Assembly: GCF_054482595.1 (NCBI RefSeq)
Contig: NZ_CM137008.1
Direction: 5' to 3' (one strand)
Length of the DNA stretch: 64,000 nucleotides
Of the stretch, positions 35,062 through 47,809 are shown in pieces. The translations under genes and the position numbers were made by a program. Each line of letters opens with the position of its first letter. Within the stretch, counting starts at the first letter, position 1. The notes beneath the pieces are model-generated. The model was given only the letters and a program-made list of their open reading frames with translations, was not told where the DNA came from and searched no databases.

Positions 35062-37296
35062 ATGGTTGCGGTAAGAAGTGCACATATCAATAAGGCTGGT
35101 GAATTTGATCCGGAAAAATGGATCGCAAGTCTGGGTATTACCAGCCAGAAGTCGTGTGAGTGCTTAGCCGAAACCTGGGCGTATTGTCTGCAACAGACGC
35201 AGGGGCATCCGGATGCCAGTCTGTTATTGTGGCGTGGTGTTGAGATGGTGGAGATCCTCTCGACATTAAGTATGGACATTGACACGCTGCGGGCGGCGCT
35301 GCTGTTCCCTCTGGCTGATGCCAACGTAGTCAGCGAAGATGTGCTGCGTGAGAGCGTCGGTAAGTCGGTCGTTAACCTTATTCACGGCGTGCGTGATATG
35401 GCGGCGATCCGCCAGCTGAAAGCGACGCACACTGATTCTGTTTCCTCCGAACAGGTCGATAACGTTCGCCGGATGTTATTGGCGATGGTCGATGATTTTC
35501 GCTGCGTGGTCATCAAACTGGCGGAGCGTATTGCTCATCTGCGCGAAGTAAAAGATGCGCCGGAAGATGAACGCGTACTGGCGGCAAAAGAGTGCACCAA
35601 TATCTACGCGCCGTTGGCGAACCGTCTTGGGATTGGGCAACTGAAATGGGAGCTGGAAGATTACTGCTTCCGTTATCTCCACCCGACCGAATACAAACGC
35701 ATCGCAAAACTGCTGCATGAACGCCGTCTCGACCGCGAACACTATATCGAAGAGTTTGTCGGCCATCTGCGCGCTGAGATGAAAGCTGAAGGCGTTAAAG
35801 CTGAAGTGTATGGTCGTCCGAAACACATCTACAGTATCTGGCGCAAAATGCAGAAAAAGAACCTCGCCTTCGATGAGCTGTTTGATGTGCGTGCGGTACG
35901 TATTGTCGCCGAGCGTTTACAGGATTGTTATGCCGCACTGGGGATAGTGCACACTCACTATCGCCACCTGCCGGATGAGTTTGACGATTATGTCGCTAAC
36001 CCGAAACCAAACGGTTATCAGTCTATTCATACCGTGGTTCTGGGGCCAGGTGGCAAAACCGTTGAGATCCAAATCCGCACCAAACAGATGCATGAAGATG
36101 CAGAGTTGGGTGTTGCTGCGCACTGGAAATATAAAGAGGGCGCGGCAGCTGGCGGCGCACGTTCGGGACATGAAGACCGGATTGCCTGGCTGCGTAAACT
36201 GATTGCGTGGCAGGAAGAGATGGCTGATTCCGGCGAAATGCTCGACGAAGTACGCAGCCAGGTCTTTGACGACCGGGTGTATGTCTTTACGCCGAAAGGT
36301 GATGTCGTTGATTTGCCTGCGGGATCAACGCCGCTGGACTTCGCTTACCACATCCACAGTGATGTCGGACACCGCTGCATCGGGGCAAAAATTGGCGGGC
36401 GCATTGTGCCGTTCACCTACCAGCTGCAGATGGGCGACCAGATTGAAATTATCACCCAGAAACAGCCGAACCCCAGCCGTGACTGGTTAAACCCAAACCT
36501 CGGTTACGTCACAACCAGCCGTGGGCGTTCGAAAATTCACGCCTGGTTCCGTAAACAGGACCGTGACAAAAACATTCTGGCTGGGCGGCAAATCCTTGAC
36601 GACGAGCTGGAACATCTGGGGATCAGCCTGAAAGAAGCAGAAAAACATCTGCTGCCGCGTTACAACTTTAATGATGTCGACGAGTTGCTGGCGGCGATTG
36701 GTGGCGGGGATATCCGTCTCAATCAGATGGTGAACTTCCTGCAATCGCAATTTAATAAGCCGAGTGCCGAAGAGCAGGACGCCGCCGCGCTGAAGCAACT
36801 TCAGCAAAAAAGCTACACGCCGCAAAACCGCAGTAAAGATAACGGTCGCGTGGTGGTCGAAGGTGTTGGCAACCTGATGCACCACATCGCGCGCTGCTGC
36901 CAGCCGATTCCTGGAGATGAGATTGTCGGCTTCATTACCCAGGGGCGCGGTATTTCAGTACACCGCGCCGATTGCGAACAACTGGCGGAACTGCGCTCCC
37001 ATGCGCCAGAACGCATTGTTGACGCGGTATGGGGTGAGAGCTACTCCGCCGGATATTCGCTGGTGGTCCGCGTGGTGGCTAATGATCGTAGTGGGTTGTT
37101 ACGTGATATCACGACCATTCTCGCCAACGAGAAGGTGAACGTGCTTGGCGTTGCCAGCCGTAGCGACACCAAACAGCAACTGGCGACCATCGACATGACC
37201 ATTGAGATTTACAACCTGCAAGTGCTGGGGCGCGTGCTGGGTAAACTCAACCAGGTGCCGGATGTTATCGACGCGCGTCGGTTGCACGGGAGTTAG
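35062..37296 (+). CDS. relA: GTP pyrophosphokinase ((p)ppGpp synthetase I)
   Basis: 744-aa ORF with RelA/SpoT synthetase, TGS and ACT regions. Confidence 0.93.
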   Translation: MVAVRSAHINKAGEFDPEKWIASLGITSQKSCECLAETWAYCLQQTQGHPDASLLLWRGVEMVEILSTLSMDIDTLRAALLFPLADANVVSEDVLRESVGKSVVNLIHGVRDMAAIRQLKATHTDSVSSEQVDNVRRMLLAMVDDFRCVVIKLAERIAHLREVKDAPEDERVLAAKECTNIYAPLANRLGIGQLKWELEDYCFRYLHPTEYKRIAKLLHERRLDREHYIEEFVGHLRAEMKAEGVKAEVYGRPKHIYSIWRKMQKKNLAFDELFDVRAVRIVAERLQDCYAALGIVHTHYRHLPDEFDDYVANPKPNGYQSIHTVVLGPGGKTVEIQIRTKQMHEDAELGVAAHWKYKEGAAAGGARSGHEDRIAWLRKLIAWQEEMADSGEMLDEVRSQVFDDRVYVFTPKGDVVDLPAGSTPLDFAYHIHSDVGHRCIGAKIGGRIVPFTYQLQMGDQIEIITQKQPNPSRDWLNPNLGYVTTSRGRSKIHAWFRKQDRDKNILAGRQILDDELEHLGISLKEAEKHLLPRYNFNDVDELLAAIGGGDIRLNQMVNFLQSQFNKPSAEEQDAAALKQLQQKSYTPQNRSKDNGRVVVEGVGNLMHHIARCCQPIPGDEIVGFITQGRGISVHRADCEQLAELRSHAPERIVDAVWGESYSAGYSLVVRVVANDRSGLLRDITTILANEKVNVLGVASRSDTKQQLATIDMTIEIYNLQVLGRVLGKLNQVPDVIDARRLHGS

Positions 37297-37299
37297 GCC

Positions 37300-37350
37300 G
37301 AAATTTGCTCGTATCTACAATGTAGATTGATATATACTGTATCTACATAT
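37300..37350. promoter_or_regulatory. mazEF promoter/operator with palindromes
   Basis: atctacaAtgtagat perfect 7-bp-arm palindrome followed by tatactgtatctacatatgata; immediately upstream of mazE. Confidence 0.65.
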
Positions 37351-37373
37351 GATAGCGGTTTGAGGAAAGGGTT

Positions 37374-37622
37374 ATGATCCACAGTAGCGTAAAGCGTTGG
37401 GGAAATTCACCGGCGGTGCGGATCCCGGTTACGTTAATGCAGGCGCTCAATCTGAATATTGATGATGAAGTGAAGATTGACCTGGTGGATGGCAAATTAA
37501 TTATTGAGCCAGTGCGTAAAGAGCCCGTATTTACGCTTGCTGAACTGGTCAACGACATCACGCCGGAAAACCTCCACGAGAATATCGACTGGGGAGAGCC
37601 GAAAGATAAGGAAGTCTGGTAA
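37374..37622 (+). CDS. mazE: Antitoxin MazE (AbrB/SpoVT fold)
   Basis: 82-aa [21 protein letters not shown]; stop overlaps mazF start. Confidence 0.92.
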   Translation: MIHSSVKRWGNSPAVRIPVTLMQALNLNIDDEVKIDLVDGKLIIEPVRKEPVFTLAELVNDITPENLHENIDWGEPKDKEVW

Positions 37623-37957
37623 TGGTAAGCCGATACGTACCCGATATGGGCGATCTGATTTGGGTTGATTTTGACCCGACAAAAGGTAGCGAGCAAGCTG
37701 GACATCGTCCAGCTGTTGTCCTGAGTCCTTTCATGTACAACAACAAAACAGGTATGTGTCTGTGTGTTCCTTATACAACGCAATCAAAAGGATATCCGTT
37801 CGAAGTTGTTTTATCCGGTCAGGAACGTGATGGCGTAGCGTTAGCTGATCAGGTAAAAAGTATCGCCTGGCGGGCAAGAGGAGCAACGAAGAAAGGAACA
37901 GTTGCCCCAGAGGAATTACAACTCATTAAAGCCAAAATTAACGTACTGATTGGGTAG
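37622..37957 (+). CDS. mazF: Toxin MazF (ACA-specific mRNA interferase)
   Basis: 111-aa [28 protein letters not shown]. Confidence 0.92.
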   Translation: MVSRYVPDMGDLIWVDFDPTKGSEQAGHRPAVVLSPFMYNNKTGMCLCVPYTTQSKGYPFEVVLSGQERDGVALADQVKSIAWRARGATKKGTVAPEELQLIKAKINVLIG

Positions 37958-38027
37958 TGTTACTAACTCACTTCTATTCTGGTCACAGGTTTCCACCTGA
38001 CAGACCCGCAATTTTCAGGACAATTCA

Positions 38028-38819
38028 ATGAATCAAATCGACCGTTTGCTCACTATTATGCAGCGCCTGCGCGATCCGGAAAACGGCTGCCCGTGGGATA
38101 AAGAGCAGACATTTGCCACCATTGCGCCTTACACCCTTGAAGAAACCTACGAAGTGCTGGACGCCATCGCCCGTGAAGATTTTGACGATCTTCGCGGTGA
38201 ACTGGGCGATCTGCTATTCCAGGTGGTGTTTTACGCGCAAATGGCTCAGGAAGAAGGGCGCTTTGACTTTAATGATATTTGCGCTGCTATTAGCGATAAA
38301 TTAGAGCGTCGCCATCCGCATGTTTTTGCTGATAGTTCTGCCGAAAACAGTAGTGAAGTGCTTGCCCGTTGGGAGCAAATCAAAACCGAAGAGCGCGCGC
38401 AGAAAGCGCAGCATTCGGCGCTGGACGATATTCCTCGTAGTTTACCGGCTTTAATGCGTGCGCAAAAAATCCAGAAACGTTGCGCCAACGTTGGCTTCGA
38501 CTGGACGACGCTTGGCCCAGTGGTTGATAAAGTCTACGAAGAGATCGACGAGGTGATGTACGAGGCACGGCAGGCTGTTATCGACCAGGCTAAACTGGAG
38601 GAGGAAATGGGTGACCTGCTGTTTGCCACGGTCAATCTGGCTCGTCATTTAGGGACAAAAGCGGAAATCGCATTGCAAAAAGCGAACGAAAAATTCGAGC
38701 GTCGTTTTCGCGAAGTGGAGCGTATTGTTGCCGCGCGTGGATTGGAAATGACAGGTGTTGACCTCGAAACAATGGAAGAAGTCTGGCAACAGGTAAAACG
38801 GCAGGAAATTGATCTCTAA
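38028..38819 (+). CDS. mazG: Nucleoside triphosphate pyrophosphohydrolase MazG
   Basis: 263-aa ORF with tandem MazG domains. Confidence 0.9.
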   Translation: MNQIDRLLTIMQRLRDPENGCPWDKEQTFATIAPYTLEETYEVLDAIAREDFDDLRGELGDLLFQVVFYAQMAQEEGRFDFNDICAAISDKLERRHPHVFADSSAENSSEVLARWEQIKTEERAQKAQHSALDDIPRSLPALMRAQKIQKRCANVGFDWTTLGPVVDKVYEEIDEVMYEARQAVIDQAKLEEEMGDLLFATVNLARHLGTKAEIALQKANEKFERRFREVERIVAARGLEMTGVDLETMEEVWQQVKRQEIDL

Positions 38820-39031
38820 GGGAATTACGCGGTCAAGCGCCATTTGTGTCATTTTTTAAATGACAAGCGCTTGATTTGCGTCAAAAACATTTACCCCAAA
38901 GGGGCTATTTTCTCACTCCTGATTTCAATAGTGCGCTGGCGAAGAGGAGGGATAATGAAAGTTTGTGGCACAGGTCATGTTCGGGTATACTGCTTTCCCG
39001 TCCTGGTTATTCCATCGTCTTTTCAACCTAA

Positions 39032-40684
<1,653 letters not shown>

Positions 40685-40756
40685 GTAAAAAAGTTAGAAC
40701 GGCAACGCGTACCCTGGGTACGCGTTGTTTGTCTGGAGTTTCAGTTTAACTAGTGA

Positions 40757-42070
<1,314 letters not shown>

Positions 42071-42088
42071 GACTGACTTTATCTGATT

Positions 42089-42122
42089 TAAAAATGCCAG
42101 CCTCCGGGCTGGCATTTTTTAT
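42089..42122. terminator. Bidirectional intrinsic terminator (eno on +, TPM operon on -)
   Basis: aaaaatgccagcc-tccg-ggctggcatttttt: 9-bp stem with A-run and T-run flanks. Confidence 0.75.
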
Positions 42123-42129
42123 GGTTGAG

Positions 42130-43035
42130 TTACCAGCGGCCGGATGCGCCGCCACCTCCAGAAGAACCGCCCCCGCCGCTAAATCCGCCGCCACTTGAGC
42201 CTCCACCGGAAGAGGATGAAGAAGAACCTTTTCTTGAAGCTCTTTCTTTACTGAGTTTTTTGTATTTGGCGCGTAGCTTTTTATTGACGATAAGCCAAAA
42301 AATAACCAGTGGTACGATCGCAAAAGGCGTTAACATACCGCAGGCAACGATTAAATTGGTCCATGGTCCTGGCTCGGCAACATAGAGGAATACCATCCCG
42401 TAAATGGCGCCAGTGAGAGTGATCCAGGGTAAATTCGACGGATCGGTAAAAACAATAAAATATGAAAGTACCGCCAGCAATATAATTACAGCAAGCGATA
42501 ATGGAATAGGGGGATTGATACTGTAATAATCCCCCCTGTCTTCCGGTAATTCACCATTTAACAGAAGCGCGCCGATATTTTCGCTTGCCAGTGTTAATCC
42601 ACCCATCAGGTCATCACTTTTGAAGGCAGGGATCAATATATCCCTGATAATCTTCGCCGCTTGCAGGTCGGTAACCACCCCTTCCAGCCCGTAGCCAACC
42701 TCAATACGAACAGCATGATCCTCCCAGGCAACCAGAAGTAAAATACCATCGTTTCTCTGCTTATCTCCCAGTTTCCAGCTATCAAAAACCCTTGTAGCAT
42801 ATTGTTCAATGGAATCGTCTCCGGTGGACGGCACTACTAATACAGCGACCTGCGCCCGTGTTTTATGTGTAATATCCTGCAGTTGCTGTGTCAGTGATTG
42901 TTGTTCAGAAGTGCTTAACGTACCAGTAATATCGGTCACCTGTTGGCGCAGTTCCGGCACAGCAATTTGCTGGGCAAGCCCAGGAAGACACCACAAAGTG
43001 AATAGAATAAAGATTAAGCGCATTACGATCACCAA
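42130..43035 (-). CDS. TPM-domain membrane protein (YgcG-like), paralog 3 of a tandem triplet
   Basis: 301-aa ORF: signal peptide, TPM-type region (VAVLVVPSTGDDSIEQYATRVFDSWKLG...LLLVAWEDHAVRIEVGYGLEG), hydrophobic helices, Gly/Ser tail ending SGRW; start may be the internal Met at 43023. Confidence 0.75.
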   Translation of the reverse strand: MVIVMRLIFILFTLWCLPGLAQQIAVPELRQQVTDITGTLSTSEQQSLTQQLQDITHKTRAQVAVLVVPSTGDDSIEQYATRVFDSWKLGDKQRNDGILLLVAWEDHAVRIEVGYGLEGVVTDLQAAKIIRDILIPAFKSDDLMGGLTLASENIGALLLNGELPEDRGDYYSINPPIPLSLAVIILLAVLSYFIVFTDPSNLPWITLTGAIYGMVFLYVAEPGPWTNLIVACGMLTPFAIVPLVIFWLIVNKKLRAKYKKLSKERASRKGSSSSSSGGGSSGGGFSGGGGSSGGGGASGRW

Positions 43036-44177
43036 CGGCCGGATGAACCGCCGCCTCCTGAAGAACCGCCACCACCGCGGAAAGAATTTCTCGACGAAGA
43101 GCGAGAGTGAGCATTACGATTCCCCGTTTTCCTGTTGCTTTTTTCTCCTGATCCCAGCTTAAGATTGCCAGTAAATTTGGCCACAATGATCAGCAGAACG
43201 ATGCCAGCAATGGTTATTGGACCGATAAAATGATCAATTAACCCAATAATTGTTGAGATGAATGCAATATCTTTAATACTGGCGAACACCAGGCACCATC
43301 CCACAATAATTATCAGCATCACGACAAACAATGAATTTCGTCCTGATTCACGAACCTGCGGAGTCTTCTTTTGTTTTTTCACTTTAGCGTTTTTATTTTT
43401 TGGGGCCAGCATCATAGGAAATACGCGGCACAAATTAAAAACTACCGCGAGACGCTGCTTGCAGGTTGTTGCTAACAATAAACTAAAACAAACGATCGAC
43501 ACCCGCCGAATGATGACATCGTCCTGAAAGGAGAAAAACCAGACCATAGGGGTAATCATCGATATCATCCATATGCCACGCCGTGGGCGGCTGGCAAATC
43601 GCCAGAGGACAACGATGGCAACGATCATCAGCAGTGTCCAGGCAAGACATGGCAGCGAACGTTGCGGATTAGCAAACAGATGATTGGCTAAAGCATCCAA
43701 AGGGCTAAGGTTCGCTTTGATATGGGTAAACTGTGCGATGCTTTCAATTCCGCCCGTTAATCCAGCAAAGAGATTGTTTTTTTCGAATTCTGGCTGCATA
43801 TGGTAACGAACAATTTGCGCAGCTTGTTCCGGCGGCAACATCTGTTCCAGTCCATGTCCAATCTTCATTGACGCCAGCCCTTCCGGCCATACGACGAGAA
43901 TTAAGATACCTTCGCCATATCGCTTCTCTCCAACGGGTTTCCAGTGATATACCCCGTATCTCTGCGAGGCTGCAAGTTTAATGTTTTTGCCCCCTGTGGT
44001 CGGCGTAACCAACACGGCCACCTGGAAGTGGTTTTGCTGCTCGAGAGTCTGTAATTGTTGAGTTAAAGCAGTTTGTTCTTCTGTCGTTAATGTCCCGGTT
44101 AAGTCAGTCACTGAAGGCAATCGTTCAGCGAATACCTGAAAACCGCATAGCATCAGAAGTAAGAGAAAAATACGCAT
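43029..44177 (-). CDS. TPM-domain membrane protein, divergent paralog 2
   Basis: 382-aa ORF: signal peptide, TPM-type region (VAVLVTPTTGG...ILILVVWPEG...GHGLEQ), several hydrophobic helices, Lys-rich linker, Gly/Ser tail ending SGRW. Confidence 0.7.
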   Translation of the reverse strand: MRIFLLLLMLCGFQVFAERLPSVTDLTGTLTTEEQTALTQQLQTLEQQNHFQVAVLVTPTTGGKNIKLAASQRYGVYHWKPVGEKRYGEGILILVVWPEGLASMKIGHGLEQMLPPEQAAQIVRYHMQPEFEKNNLFAGLTGGIESIAQFTHIKANLSPLDALANHLFANPQRSLPCLAWTLLMIVAIVVLWRFASRPRRGIWMISMITPMVWFFSFQDDVIIRRVSIVCFSLLLATTCKQRLAVVFNLCRVFPMMLAPKNKNAKVKKQKKTPQVRESGRNSLFVVMLIIIVGWCLVFASIKDIAFISTIIGLIDHFIGPITIAGIVLLIIVAKFTGNLKLGSGEKSNRKTGNRNAHSRSSSRNSFRGGGGSSGGGGSSGRW

Positions 44178-44191
44178 ATCAATTCCTTTTG

Positions 44192-45115
44192 TTACCAGCG
44201 CCCGGAAGCGCCACCGCCACCAGATGAACCGCCACCACCGCTAAAATTGTCATTGTCGAATGAAGAGGATGACGATGATGAATAGTGGGAGAAAGAATTG
44301 CTTCTTGTATGGCGTGATGGCTGGTTGGCATCACGCATCAAATCCCGAACTTTTTTGCCGAAGGGGGTAAAAGCGATGGCGACAGCCAGGAACGGTGTGG
44401 CGAAGCAGAGTAATGTTGTGAGTACTCCCCAGCTTCCGCTGAAACCTGCTATAGGTAAAACAAAGGCCAGTACAATAGCTGCGAAGCAAATTACTCCCAG
44501 CGTTTTGATATATCCTCTGGCAGAAATAAACGTCAGTACTATCGCCCAGGCTAACAAGGCCCACCAACCGCTAAAAGGTAAAGGGTGATCGGCCGGTGCT
44601 ATCGTCGCTAAATTATTCCCTGCCAAACGGTTTTCAATATCGCTGAGTCCCTTTTGCAAGCCGCCAGCAAGATCACCATTTTTAAATGCCGGAATAATAC
44701 TGTTGCGAATAATTTGCCCGGACTGCGCATCCGTAATAATACCTTCCAGTCCGTAACCGATTTCAATACGCACGGTATGATCCTGCCAGGCGACTAACAG
44801 TAGAACGCCATCATCGCTGTCTTTATCACCCGGTTTCCAGCTATCGAATACCCGCGTTGCGTACTGCTCGATGGTTTCATCGCCTGTTGTATCAACCACT
44901 AACACGACCAACTGTGCGTGGTTTTTTTGCGTCAGGGCTTTAATCTGGTTGGTCAGGGTGTTTACTTCGCTGTTTGTTAATGTGCCGGTTAAGTCATTCA
45001 CATACTTGGGGGATTCAGGTACTGGAATTTGTGTGGCAAACACAGATGAACAGAAGAAAGCCATAAGGAAGATAAAATTTCGCACAGAACTTCCCCGCTT
45101 AATGAGCATTAGCAT
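44192..45115 (-). CDS. TPM-domain membrane protein, paralog 1
   Basis: 307-aa ORF very similar to 42130..43035 (LVVLVVDTTGDETIEQYATRVFDSWKPG...LLLVAWQDHTVRIEIGYGLEG), Gly/Ser tail ending SGRW; start codon ambiguous among the first Mets. Confidence 0.75.
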   Translation of the reverse strand: MLMLIKRGSSVRNFIFLMAFFCSSVFATQIPVPESPKYVNDLTGTLTNSEVNTLTNQIKALTQKNHAQLVVLVVDTTGDETIEQYATRVFDSWKPGDKDSDDGVLLLVAWQDHTVRIEIGYGLEGIITDAQSGQIIRNSIIPAFKNGDLAGGLQKGLSDIENRLAGNNLATIAPADHPLPFSGWWALLAWAIVLTFISARGYIKTLGVICFAAIVLAFVLPIAGFSGSWGVLTTLLCFATPFLAVAIAFTPFGKKVRDLMRDANQPSRHTRSNSFSHYSSSSSSSFDNDNFSGGGGSSGGGGASGRW

Positions 45116-45701
45116 TCTGGCTAAAATCTATTGTTGGGGCTTTACTTACTGCGGCGACATCATCCGGTAAATAATTTTTCTTTGGCGTGTAATCCATGAC
45201 CTTTGCGGTTAATACAGCGGGGAATTTGCGGATAGTGACATTATATTGTTCAATGGCTTTAATATATCTTCCTCGCGCAACGGCAATTCTATTTTCACTT
45301 CCTTCGAGCTGTACCATTAAGTTTTGATAGAGTTCCTGAGATTTTAACTCAGGGTAACGCTCACTAATTATCGTTAACTGACCGAGAGTGCGAGTCACCT
45401 GCGCTTGAGCCTGTTGCCAGGCTTGTAATTTTTGTTCATCTCCCGGAGTTTGCTGAAGATCGCTACTGGCGCGATTAGCCTGGCTACGAGCCAATGTTAC
45501 GGCTTCCAGTACATCTCGTTCATGGCTGGAATAACCTTTAATGCTGGCGACAAGATTAGGAATAAGATCGGCGCGACGTTGATATTGATTCAATACCTCA
45601 GACCAGGAGGCGTTAACCTGCTCATCATAGGTTTGAATATCGTTATATCCACAGCCTGATAAATTGAAAATAAATATAATTACGATGAATATTCTGAGCA
45701 T
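45099..45701 (-). CDS. LemA-family protein (predicted lipoprotein)
   Basis: 200-aa ORF; N-terminal hydrophobic segment with lipobox LSGC; LemA-like helical region; first gene of the operon. Confidence 0.75.
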   Translation of the reverse strand: MLRIFIVIIFIFNLSGCGYNDIQTYDEQVNASWSEVLNQYQRRADLIPNLVASIKGYSSHERDVLEAVTLARSQANRASSDLQQTPGDEQKLQAWQQAQAQVTRTLGQLTIISERYPELKSQELYQNLMVQLEGSENRIAVARGRYIKAIEQYNVTIRKFPAVLTAKVMDYTPKKNYLPDDVAAVSKAPTIDFSQNANAH

Positions 45702-45873
45702 GTTTAAATCCCTTTTAATTAATTCCTTAAAACATAATACTCTGCTTCATTTTATTCTTTATGATCTAATCCACTTTTTGCCATAAACCTGCCTGTAACA
45801 GAATGTTAATAAGACATGATTGTTGTGGCAGGATCTGCAATAATTAACAATTATCCACTTCACAGAGAATGCT

Positions 45874-46545
45874 ATGCAGTACCCGATTAACGAGATGTTC
45901 CAGACCCTGCAAGGTGAGGGTTACTTTACCGGCGTCCCCGCCATTTTTATTCGTTTACAGGGATGCCCGGTTGGCTGTGCCTGGTGCGACACCAAACACA
46001 CCTGGGAAAAGCTTGAGGATCGGGAAGTCTCCCTTTTCAGCATTCTGGCGAAGACCAAAGAGAGTGATAAGTGGGGGGCGGCGAGCAGTGAAGACTTGCT
46101 GGCTGTCATTGGTCGCCAGGGATATACCGCGCGGCATGTGGTGATTACGGGTGGTGAGCCTTGCATTCATGATTTGCTGCCACTGACTGACCTGCTCGAA
46201 AAGAACGGTTTTAGCTGCCAGATCGAAACCAGTGGTACTCATGAGGTACGCTGCACACCGAATACCTGGGTTACCGTATCGCCAAAGCTGAACATGCGCG
46301 GCGGCTATGAAGTGTTGTCACAGGCACTGGAGCGAGCCAACGAAATCAAGCATCCAGTGGGGCGCGTACGTGATATTGAAGCACTGGATGAACTTTTGGC
46401 GACGCTGACCGATGATAAACCGCGAGTCATTGCACTGCAGCCGATTAGCCAAAAGGATGATGCCACACGTTTGTGCATTGAAACCTGCATTGCGCGTAAT
46501 TGGCGTTTGTCGATGCAAACCCATAAATATTTAAATATTGCCTGA
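45874..46545 (+). CDS. queE: 7-carboxy-7-deazaguanine synthase (radical SAM)
   Basis: 223-aa ORF MQYPINEMFQTLQGEGYFTGVPAIFIRLQGCPVGCAWCDTK (CxxxCxxC variant cluster). Confidence 0.9.
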   Translation: MQYPINEMFQTLQGEGYFTGVPAIFIRLQGCPVGCAWCDTKHTWEKLEDREVSLFSILAKTKESDKWGAASSEDLLAVIGRQGYTARHVVITGGEPCIHDLLPLTDLLEKNGFSCQIETSGTHEVRCTPNTWVTVSPKLNMRGGYEVLSQALERANEIKHPVGRVRDIEALDELLATLTDDKPRVIALQPISQKDDATRLCIETCIARNWRLSMQTHKYLNIA

Positions 46546-46699
46546 TTAAACATTTATAAGCGTTATAAATGGGTGGAACCTGTAAAGACTTCTACTCATT
46601 TATATTCTTTGTCGTCTCTGAAAAACCTCCATTTTGCCCATCCTGAACTAATCATTATCATTCTCTACAAATTCTGTGGCGTTAATTTTTCGCTGGAGT

Positions 46700-46883
46700 G
46701 AAAATTATTGCGGTAAAGTTTGGTAGATTTTAGTTTGTATAGAGTTATTTTAAATATTTACCTTTTTAATCAATTGGTTAAGTGCTCTTTAACATAATGG
46801 ATGTGTTGTTTGTGTGATACTGTAAAGTTGGTAGATTGTGACTGGCTTAAAAAATCATTAATTAATAATAGGTTATGTTTAGA
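46700..46883 (+). promoter_or_regulatory. CRISPR leader (AT-rich), ending ...aataataggttatgtttaga before the first repeat
   Basis: AT-rich non-coding sequence directly upstream of repeat 1; the degenerate repeat lies at the opposite end of the array. Confidence 0.7.
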
Positions 46884-47339
46884 GAGTTCCCCGCGCCAGC
46901 GGGGATAAACCGGCCTGGCGATTTCTCGTCAGGCCTTGCGGTGTGAGTTCCCCGCGCCAGCGGGGATAAACCGTCAGTAAAGCGGCGCCCACTGATATCG
47001 GATTAGAGTTCCCCGCGCCAGCGGGGATAAACCGAGGGGCAGGGAGTGACGCTGGAGCAGGCGATCGAGTTCCCCGCGCCAGCGGGGATAAACCGGGAAA
47101 TTAGGCAAATGTGAACACGGCGGCCCCGAGTTCCCCGCGCCAGCGGGGATAAACCGCCAGTATTTTGTCGTGGATTGCGGGATCACCAGAGTTCCCCGCG
47201 CCAGCGGGGATAAACCGTTGAGTTTGTTCGTAACAACGCGGGTCATCTGGAGTTCCCCGCGGCAGCGGGGATAAACCGGGTACAAAAGAGGCCCCATTCT
47301 GGCAGGGCTCAAGTTCCCCGCGCCAGTGGGGATAAACCA
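46884..47339 (+). CRISPR. Type I-E CRISPR array: 8 repeats of 29 nt, 7 spacers of 32 nt, no adjacent cas genes
   Basis: Repeat GAGTTCCCCGCGCCAGCGGGGATAAACCG at 46884, 46945, 47006, 47067, 47128, 47189, 47250 (one C-to-G variant) and degenerate terminal repeat aagttccccgcgccagtggggataaacca at 47311; exact 61-nt period. Confidence 0.95.
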
Positions 47340-47809
47340 CCATATAACCCGTTATCTCTTTCTCAAGTTTTTATATTAGCAGTACTCGTAATAAGCAACA
47401 TATCCACGTAACACCTCATGTTCAAAATAGTTCCCCATGCCAGATAAGTTCACAATTATCGATACAAAAAATCAAATTTAATCAAAGTGTTATTTGTATA
47501 ATCCTTAAACCGTTAAGAAATTTTAATGTATTATTTTTTTTAATATTAATTAATGCCTGTTAATTTTTTCTTTAGAATAACAGTGTGTTTTTTAAGCTTG
47601 TTATTCATTGATTAAGTAATAAATCTGGAAATTTGTCTTTGTTTTGAGGCTAATGAGTGGTTTTACATAACCGCCTCTATACGCTGTTGATGAATGGTTC
47701 TTATGAATAAAGATATCCAGTTCATACTTTAAGTGTAAATTGATAAAGTGCGATTCGTATTGTCTTTTATTCTAAAGACATCGAGTGTAGTTAATATTCC
47801 TTGTAAAAA

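Noticed and set aside
42125-42385. Plus-strand ORF encoding a Pro/Glu-rich peptide
   Set aside because: Antisense of the Gly/Ser-rich tail of the TPM gene; low-complexity mirror image.
46974-47343. Minus-strand ORFs of 112 aa and 80 aa with repeated PRWRGEL peptides
   Set aside because: They are translations of the CRISPR repeats; the periodic peptide repeat is an artefact of the 61-nt array period.
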